DNA of 64,000 nucleotides from a virus. The DNA is taken from IMG/VR virus record IMGVR_UViG_3300017757_000001; one strand, written 5' to 3'. The position numbers were made by a program, and so were the translations under genes. Positions 57,959 through 64,000 of this stretch are shown piece by piece (position 1 is the first letter of the stretch; every line of letters begins with the position of its first letter). The notes beneath the pieces are model-generated. The model did not search any database and was not told where the DNA came from. It saw only the letters and a program-made list of their open reading frames with translations.

Positions 57959-58401
57959 TTTTTACCTTTACCTTTATCTTTACATTTAGAAGGAGTAGGT
58001 CTACAGGATGGATATTTTGCTCGTTTTTCACCTTCTTTTCTACCACAAGATTTATATTTCATCTTGCCTGTTTTTTTATCCTTTCTTCCAGTATTACAAT
58101 CAACCCATCCCCCTCCTTTACCTGGGGCTCCTTGTCTTTTAAACCATTTATTTAAGGATTCATCAACAACTTTTTGAAGTCTTTTATACCCTGAGCCATA
58201 AGGTGATGATTTTCCATCATGATTATCAACTACATTTTCTTTAACTCCCTTCCAGATATTTCCTTTTCTACACCTTACTACAGCACCTGATTTATAAGCA
58301 GAGGGTTTGTCAAATTTACGATCGGCGATACGTAAACATCTATCCCTTTTTTTCTTTTTTTCAAGAATTACTTCTCTTATTATGTTATTTAATCTACTCA
58401 T
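57940..58401 (-). CDS. Basic Cys-containing hypothetical protein; start probably ATG at 58401
   Basis: RDRC...PSAYKSGAVVRCRK and WVDC...CGR...YPSCRP modules separated by L/V-x-E sites. Confidence 0.65.
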   Translation of the reverse strand: MSRLNNIIREVILEKKKKRDRCLRIADRKFDKPSAYKSGAVVRCRKGNIWKGVKENVVDNHDGKSSPYGSGYKRLQKVVDESLNKWFKRQGAPGKGGGWVDCNTGRKDKKTGKMKYKSCGRKEGEKRAKYPSCRPTPSKCKDKGKGKKWGKTK

Positions 58402-59171
58402 TACCAAAAACCACTAAATGATGATTTTAATCCTAATAATTTAGCATATCTAGGAAGTCTACAACTCCAATACCCTGCTTTTGTTCTGTCTTTTTTCTGT
58501 GAACATTTATGTCTTTTAGCAAATGCAGAACGTGCTTTTGAGTCATTTATTTTTGCTCTTAAACCACCAGATCCAAATCTAACAGTTTTAACTTTTTTAG
58601 TTTTAGGATCTTTAACATATACTTTATAAGCTTTTCCACCTGAAGATGAGCGCATTGGTTTTCCTATTGGTCTATTGTCTTTTTTCTTAGCTTTTTTCTT
58701 TTTTGCTTCTATAATATTAACTATTCTTTCTTCAATAGATTCAAATTTCATATTATCCATTTCATCACGAACCCATTCTTTCTCATTATCACCTAATTGG
58801 TCATAATCCATTCCGAATTCCATATTCGCTAACTCATCTTCAAGATCCATTTGCTCATTTAATTCAATAGGAAAATCTAATGGTACTTTTTCACCTTCAA
58901 ACATACCATAATGTCCTAAATCAGTTTCTATAAGAATTTCTTTATCATCTCCTATTACTTCAAGTATTCCTCTACTATATAATGACCTTGCTTCTGCAAA
59001 TAAATTAAAGTATTCTTGTGAACCTGCCCTATATAAATGTTCAGTTAACGGTCTATTATTGTCCATATGGAATTTTAATCCTTCAGACAATATAGCCTTT
59101 GGAGCTTTATTTTCATTAAGTACTAACGCAGTACTTTTAGTTTTACATGAGCCGCATCCACATTTACACAT
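58401..59171 (-). CDS. Modular hypothetical protein: Cys-rich N-terminus, acidic middle, basic C-terminal domain
   Basis: MCKCGCGSCK; KAYKVYVKDPKTKKVKTVRFG...AFAKRHKC...AGYWSC. Confidence 0.7.
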   Translation of the reverse strand: MCKCGCGSCKTKSTALVLNENKAPKAILSEGLKFHMDNNRPLTEHLYRAGSQEYFNLFAEARSLYSRGILEVIGDDKEILIETDLGHYGMFEGEKVPLDFPIELNEQMDLEDELANMEFGMDYDQLGDNEKEWVRDEMDNMKFESIEERIVNIIEAKKKKAKKKDNRPIGKPMRSSSGGKAYKVYVKDPKTKKVKTVRFGSGGLRAKINDSKARSAFAKRHKCSQKKDRTKAGYWSCRLPRYAKLLGLKSSFSGFW

Positions 59172-59178
59172 AATATTA

Positions 59179-60291
59179 TTAATTAAATTTGTTATAAGGT
59201 AAAGTTATGTTTTTACCTACTAATTTTCCATTTCTATATAATGATTTTTCAGTTTGAAGTAAAGCTCTTAAACCTCTTGTATTTCTTTTGGTCATATCAT
59301 GTCTAATATTTAATACAGGCATTGCTCCATCTTCTTTAACATCTTCTATATCTTCATATACTTTTGAAGCTTCAATAATTAAATCATCTCCTTGTAATGA
59401 AAAATCACTTTCTTTAAATGTACCCATAACAACTGGTACTTTATCATTACCAAATATAGCTTGATAAGTATCTATTTCAGGTAAATCACTAACTATAACC
59501 CCTGGGATTTTTTCATTTGTTACTTTATTCCACATTCTTATAATAGTATCATCTTCATTTCCTCTTTTATCTACTAAAGGTTTGTATGAAATTTCATCTC
59601 CTAATTTTCCTGATATAATAGCATCTAATAAATTCATTACTTCATCTTTAAATCTTACATCTGCTGATTCCCAATAAATAGCATTCATTTTCTTTAATGA
59701 TACACCACCTAAATCTTTTTCTCCTCTGTAAAAATTAGCATCTGATTTTGAATATGCTGTTGTTGAAGTTCCTGTTCCTTTTGTTTCAGTAACATCATTC
59801 CATTCTATTGATCTATTTCCATCTGTTATAATAATATTTTTAGGACCATCTTCAAGATATTTATTTATATTAGTTACAAATATATCTTCATTTTCTAATC
59901 CTGCTGATTTTTTACCTTGAATTCCTGATGGTTTAACAGCTATTTTTACATCACCATAAGATATATAACCTAAACTTGAAAATGAAGAAGGTTGGGGATT
60001 ATATTCAAATCCCTCTAATTTTTCTATATTATCAATGTATGATTGACGTTCTTGTCTAGGAACTAATAAGTGAAAATTTAAACCTTTATCTTTAAAAGCC
60101 TCATCATCTAATTTAAAAGTATCTTTTATTATTTTTATAGCTATGGCTTTATCTTCAGCTTTAGTTTCATTCATAATACCAGTTACCATTTCGAATAACA
60201 TTTTTTTATCATTAGGATCATCCATATCTGGGTATCCTTTAGGAAATTTATATGCTACACTATTTAAAAATGTAATTAATGGATCTATCAT
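59179..60291 (-). CDS. Hypothetical protein with a possible PD-(D/E)XK nuclease-like core
   Basis: AGLENE...SKSDANF...GVSLKK; N-terminal VAYKFPKGYPDM. Confidence 0.55.
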   Translation of the reverse strand: MIDPLITFLNSVAYKFPKGYPDMDDPNDKKMLFEMVTGIMNETKAEDKAIAIKIIKDTFKLDDEAFKDKGLNFHLLVPRQERQSYIDNIEKLEGFEYNPQPSSFSSLGYISYGDVKIAVKPSGIQGKKSAGLENEDIFVTNINKYLEDGPKNIIITDGNRSIEWNDVTETKGTGTSTTAYSKSDANFYRGEKDLGGVSLKKMNAIYWESADVRFKDEVMNLLDAIISGKLGDEISYKPLVDKRGNEDDTIIRMWNKVTNEKIPGVIVSDLPEIDTYQAIFGNDKVPVVMGTFKESDFSLQGDDLIIEASKVYEDIEDVKEDGAMPVLNIRHDMTKRNTRGLRALLQTEKSLYRNGKLVGKNITLPYNKFN

Positions 60292-60295
60292 ATTT

Positions 60296-60751
60296 TTATA
60301 CTTCTATGTCAACATCAACGTCTGTTTCTTCAGCAGGTATATCTTCACTACCCCCACCATCAACATTAACGTCTGTTTCTGATTTTGATTTAGGACCATA
60401 ACGTAAAATACGACCTATAGCTTCTGCTGCTCTTTCTTCTTCAGGTAAATTAAGTAAATAATATTTTTTACCCTCTATTTGAGCAATCCAACTTCTAGAA
60501 GAATAAATAAGATAAAATTCTTGATCATTTTTCAAATTAATTCTAAATGTTGTTGGTCTAGGTGATACCCAACCTATAGATGATAGAAAACTATCAAAAT
60601 CATAAGTTAGTAAATTAATAATTACTTCTTTTAATTCTGGAAATTTTGTAAGTTCATCATACTCAACTGCTGCAGCTTCTCCTTGCTTAACACTAGCATA
60701 GACTTGAGGAACTAATACTCTGATTTTCTCTCTTAACTCCGCTGCTGTCAT
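60296..60751 (-). CDS. Hypothetical protein with acidic tail
   Basis: 151 aa; MTAAELREKIR leader; SPRPTTFRINLKN. Confidence 0.7.
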   Translation of the reverse strand: MTAAELREKIRVLVPQVYASVKQGEAAAVEYDELTKFPELKEVIINLLTYDFDSFLSSIGWVSPRPTTFRINLKNDQEFYLIYSSRSWIAQIEGKKYYLLNLPEEERAAEAIGRILRYGPKSKSETDVNVDGGGSEDIPAEETDVDVDIEV

Positions 60752-60753
60752 TT

Positions 60754-62208
60754 TTACTTTTGTTTTGCTGTTGGACCTTTTCCTCCGCCTTTTGATTTAT
60801 ATGATGCTACTGCTCCTGCTATTGCTGAAGCTGCTTTTTTAGATTTACCTTGTTTTCTAATTTTTTTAACTAATGAATCATATGATTCTTCAATATCCTC
60901 TTCATAATCTCCATCTGCTAATTCACCACTATCAAAAGGATCTCGACTACTTTCAGCATCTCTTCCTTGCATGTGTTTGTCTGCTCTTGCGTAGGCGTCT
61001 TCTTTAACATCTTTTTTACCATCTTGATTTTCATCTTCAGCATCGATTTTTTTATCCCAAAATCCTTTAGGTAAACCTTCTAATATTTTTGAAATTCTAT
61101 CTTTAGTAGTATTTTCATTTACTTTAGCAGCATCAAAATATTTTGCTGGTTTAATATCTACTATTCTTTGCACACCTGTGTCAAACCATTTTCTAATTGC
61201 ATCATCAACATTTTTTCCACCTAAAAAGAAACTTAACATATCTTCTAAACCTTTAGATCCTTCTTTTGTAAAGTTATCAAATTCTTCATCTGAGCCAAAT
61301 TCCATTTTATCATCAGATGTAAATAAATATTCTGGTTTATTTTGCATATTAGACATTGAAAATGGCATTGCACTACCTTCATGCCCACCCATATGTCTTT
61401 CTCTTAAACTAACTACATCTGCTCTTGGTGTTTCATTATATCTAAAGAAAATAACATATCTCTTTTTATTACCCATTCCATCTTGTGCTAATACTACTTT
61501 ACTTGCAAATGCTTTTCCATTATAAGCACGGCGCCATTTATCCATATTCATATTTTCTGTAATTTTTTCATTTTCATCAATAGCATCTGTAGCTATATCT
61601 ACTACAGCATCAATTTGTGGTTCTTTAATTTCAAAATCAAGGTAATGTTTAGCCCCAACTAATGCATCTTTTGCCTTGAATACTTTTGCTTGCCACCATG
61701 ATGGGAAATCTACTTCTCCCATACCATCAAATTTATCTATCATACCATATAACTCCATAGCATATTTACCAATTCTATATAAATCAGCTTTTAACATATG
61801 GGGTTCATTATCTTCATGACCTATATCTAAATCTTCTTCTAAGTTTGAAACGTCATGTTTTTTATATTTGTCACCATCTTTTCCTTTAACAACTTTTTCT
61901 TTAAGATTTTTTTCTATGGCAGCACCTCTAGTTTTTTCATAATCTGATAATTTGCCATCTTTATTTAAATCTGCTTTTTTTGGATTTTTTAAAGAGTCTT
62001 TTATTAATTCTGTAAGTCTATTAGGTTTTGCTTTCATTGATTCTGTTTTGTTTTTTACCATATTAGTAGCACGACCATACATTACTGCTTCGGCATCTTT
62101 ACCATACTTTTTAACAAGACTACGTTTATTATCCTTCATTTTCATGATAATATCTTCACGGTCTTTTACCTCAGCAGGTGTAAGTTTGCGTTCGTGTACT
62201 TTATCCAT
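60754..62208 (-). CDS. Modular putative internal-head protein
   Basis: 484 aa; EF-hand-like ADLNKDGKLSDYE; DLDIGHEDNEPHM...FPSWWQAK module; many L/I/V-x-E sites. Confidence 0.65.
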   Translation of the reverse strand: MDKVHERKLTPAEVKDREDIIMKMKDNKRSLVKKYGKDAEAVMYGRATNMVKNKTESMKAKPNRLTELIKDSLKNPKKADLNKDGKLSDYEKTRGAAIEKNLKEKVVKGKDGDKYKKHDVSNLEEDLDIGHEDNEPHMLKADLYRIGKYAMELYGMIDKFDGMGEVDFPSWWQAKVFKAKDALVGAKHYLDFEIKEPQIDAVVDIATDAIDENEKITENMNMDKWRRAYNGKAFASKVVLAQDGMGNKKRYVIFFRYNETPRADVVSLRERHMGGHEGSAMPFSMSNMQNKPEYLFTSDDKMEFGSDEEFDNFTKEGSKGLEDMLSFFLGGKNVDDAIRKWFDTGVQRIVDIKPAKYFDAAKVNENTTKDRISKILEGLPKGFWDKKIDAEDENQDGKKDVKEDAYARADKHMQGRDAESSRDPFDSGELADGDYEEDIEESYDSLVKKIRKQGKSKKAASAIAGAVASYKSKGGGKGPTAKQK

Positions 62209-62218
62209 TATTAAAGAT

Positions 62219-63082
62219 TTATTTTATTAGCCCTGCTAATTTTTTAAATCTTTGTACTTCTTGTAAGTTTAATGCAGATTCAGCATCTAATACTCCAGCT
62301 ACATCACTTTCACCTCCAGTAACATCTAATTCTACTTCATTAGTAGCAACAACGTGTGCTCTAGTGTAATAAGTAATTGTATTTCCAATTTGGTCAAGTA
62401 ATTTTTCATCACCCATACCTTTAGCTTTTTCTTGGGCCTTAGTTAATAATCCTAATACAGCTGCTGTTTCTGAATCTTCTCCAGCTAATTCTGAATCTAC
62501 TTCAATTTCTGATTTGTCGGATACATCATCAACAGTAACGTCATCTTCTACATCTACGTCAACATTAACATCATCTTCTACATCTACATTAACATCTTCT
62601 TCTTCTGCTTCTTTAAGATCATCTTCTTCATAAGTAGAACCACGCATTCCTTCATCTATCTCTTCACCACGCATTGCTTCATCTACTTCCTCACCACGCA
62701 TTGCTTCATCTAAATCTTCTTCATTTAATCTTTTCTTCATTGCCACCACAAATTTTTCGATCTTTGTAAGATAATCTTCATGATCTTCACGTGGTAATCC
62801 TCTCATAAAATTAGCAATTTCTCTCATCTGTTCATTGTAATCTTTTCCATCACCGAATTCATTTAATGTAGTTTCATTAACATCATCTTTAAAGTCTTTT
62901 TTAAGTTTAGATAACTTATCTTCATTATCTTTAATATCTTTTTCAAGATCTTTAATATGGTCTCTATCATCACGGATAGCACCTTCCATACGTTCTTGTT
63001 CTTCTTTGTTTCCTTTTTTAGAATCTTCATCTTCTCTAAGTAGAGATGACTTGATAAATTCTTTTAATTCAGATTTTTTCAT
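62219..63082 (-). CDS. Very acidic putative prohead core / internal protein
   Basis: MKKSELKEFIKSSLLRE leader; ends VQRFKKLAGLIK like the scaffold; late motif upstream. Confidence 0.7.
   Translation of the reverse strand: MKKSELKEFIKSSLLREDEDSKKGNKEEQERMEGAIRDDRDHIKDLEKDIKDNEDKLSKLKKDFKDDVNETTLNEFGDGKDYNEQMREIANFMRGLPREDHEDYLTKIEKFVVAMKKRLNEEDLDEAMRGEEVDEAMRGEEIDEGMRGSTYEEDDLKEAEEEDVNVDVEDDVNVDVDVEDDVTVDDVSDKSEIEVDSELAGEDSETAAVLGLLTKAQEKAKGMGDEKLLDQIGNTITYYTRAHVVATNEVELDVTGGESDVAGVLDAESALNLQEVQRFKKLAGLIK
62640..62712 (-). repeat. Three-copy 27-bp tandem repeat encoding (L/V/I)DE(A/G)MRG
   Basis: ccacgcatt(g/c)cttcatcta at 62640, 62667 and 62694. Confidence 0.9.
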
Positions 63083-63107
63083 TATTTTTATTTTAGTTGG
63101 GTTTATT

Positions 63108-63116
63108 TATAAATAT
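63108..63116 (-). promoter_or_regulatory. Putative late promoter ATATTTATA
   Basis: Exact motif 26 nt upstream of ATG at 63082. Confidence 0.65.
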
Positions 63117-63134
63117 ATAAAAATTATTAATCGT

Positions 63135-64000
63135 TTATTTTTTATTATTTTTTTCTTTTAGTTGATTTTTGTAAACTTCTTTTACTAGTTTTTCTAACTT
63201 AAGTAAGTCAGGACCTGCTGGTTTTTTTCTTGGTTTTCCATCTGGTGTATAACCACATGAACCTTCATTGATTTGACTTATTATATAATCTAAAGCAGCC
63301 TCTTTATCTCCATTGTGTAATTGATCAACAACTTTTTGACCTATCTCTGCATATTCACCATTAGTCTGTGAAGGACGTTCTCCAAACTTACTTTTAATAT
63401 CTAAATATCCTGAACCAATTATAACTAAGTCCTCATCTGGATCGTCTAGATCTTCATTTAATCTATCAAATTTTGAAGATTTTTCAAATTCATCTCTAGT
63501 TATTGGATTTATCTTAATATAATTTTTTACACCATTTTTACCCATAGTATAAGTACCAGTTTCATCAGTTATTTCTTCTCTACCTATTGCTTGATCATAT
63601 GTAAGTTGTGCTTTTTCTTTTCCTTTATTTTTTATAAATCGAATAGCTTCTTCGTGGAAATGAATTTCATCAGCATATTGGTCTGATATAGGACCACCTT
63701 CTGGTTCTGCTTCCTGTTCCATATCTCTATAAAGTTGTTCAAGATTTCTTTCTAAATCTTCTAACTCATACCCATCAACTAAATCTGCTGATTTTTGGTG
63801 TAATTCTTTTATAATATATTTTGTTCCTGATTCTAAACTATTAAAATCATCTAATTTTTTTAATTCTTTTTCTTTTCCATCTTTATCAACTGCAATTACA
63901 GAATCAATAGTAGATTTACCCATTCCATCATCACGTTTGCCTGCTAATTTTTGTTTTAGTTCAGATTTAGCTCTTCTTTTACTAACAAAGGCTTCTTTTA
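63135..64000 (-). CDS. Partial putative internal-head protein; true start lies beyond the window end
   Basis: Frame is open upstream of the listed ATG at 63923 (...KEAFVSKRRAKSELKQKLAGKRDDG-MGK); many L/I-x-E sites. Confidence 0.7.
   Translation of the reverse strand, partial: KEAFVSKRRAKSELKQKLAGKRDDGMGKSTIDSVIAVDKDGKEKELKKLDDFNSLESGTKYIIKELHQKSADLVDGYELEDLERNLEQLYRDMEQEAEPEGGPISDQYADEIHFHEEAIRFIKNKGKEKAQLTYDQAIGREEITDETGTYTMGKNGVKNYIKINPITRDEFEKSSKFDRLNEDLDDPDEDLVIIGSGYLDIKSKFGERPSQTNGEYAEIGQKVVDQLHNGDKEAALDYIISQINEGSCGYTPDGKPRKKPAGPDLLKLEKLVKEVYKNQLKEKNNKK

Noticed and set aside
17445-62230. Plus-strand ORFs in the track (e.g. 17445-17861, 21616-21849, 44795-45091, 46273-46626, 53217-53444, 61178-61525, 61952-62230)
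   Set aside because: All are antisense shadows of well-supported minus-strand genes, with low-complexity translations and no recognisable motifs
1-64000. Alternative genetic code, introns or inteins, tRNA genes
   Set aside because: Core genes (terminase, portal, MCP, helicase, RNR) are full-length and uninterrupted in the standard code; the short intergenic gaps show no cloverleaf with T-loop and CCA by eye

Overview
A 64-kb, AT-rich (~30% GC by eye) segment of a large T4-like contractile-tailed phage genome. Every credible gene is on the minus strand. In the direction of transcription (64000 to 1) it encodes: a block of acidic or basic putative internal-head proteins; a small enzyme cluster (FAD oxidoreductase, cupin, NMP kinase-like); terminase, portal, protease, scaffold and major capsid; an amidinotransferase-fold enzyme, a phosphatidylserine-decarboxylase-fold enzyme and PhoH; neck genes; a 2244-aa Gly-X-X Ser/Thr-repeat fibre followed by three glycosyltransferase genes; sheath, tube, tail chaperone, tape measure and baseplate; an unusually short family-A polymerase, SSB, UvsX/RecA, 5'-3' exonuclease, DnaB helicase, NrdB and NrdA; and two holin-like genes. 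Two promoter classes are visible. TTGG-N18-(G/T)TATATT (6 copies) resembles the Bacteroidota sigma-A promoter, sits before enzyme and replication genes, and suggests a Bacteroidota/Flavobacteria host. ATATTTATA (11 exact intergenic copies) sits mostly before virion genes and is the reverse complement of the T4 late promoter. Best candidates for new biology: (1) a phage-encoded protein O-glycosylation system, with a TibC/Aah-type heptosyltransferase, a GT4 and an FkbM-GT fusion next to a giant Ser/Thr/Gly fibre; (2) a late-expressed arginine-dihydrolase-like plus PSD-fold pyruvoyl decarboxylase pair, possibly a new polyamine route; (3) an unannotated 21-aa, 9-Cys metallothionein-like gene; (4) a +1/-2 programmed frameshift in the tail chaperone; (5) a thumb-less PolA. 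All family calls come from motif recognition by eye; no database searches were run.
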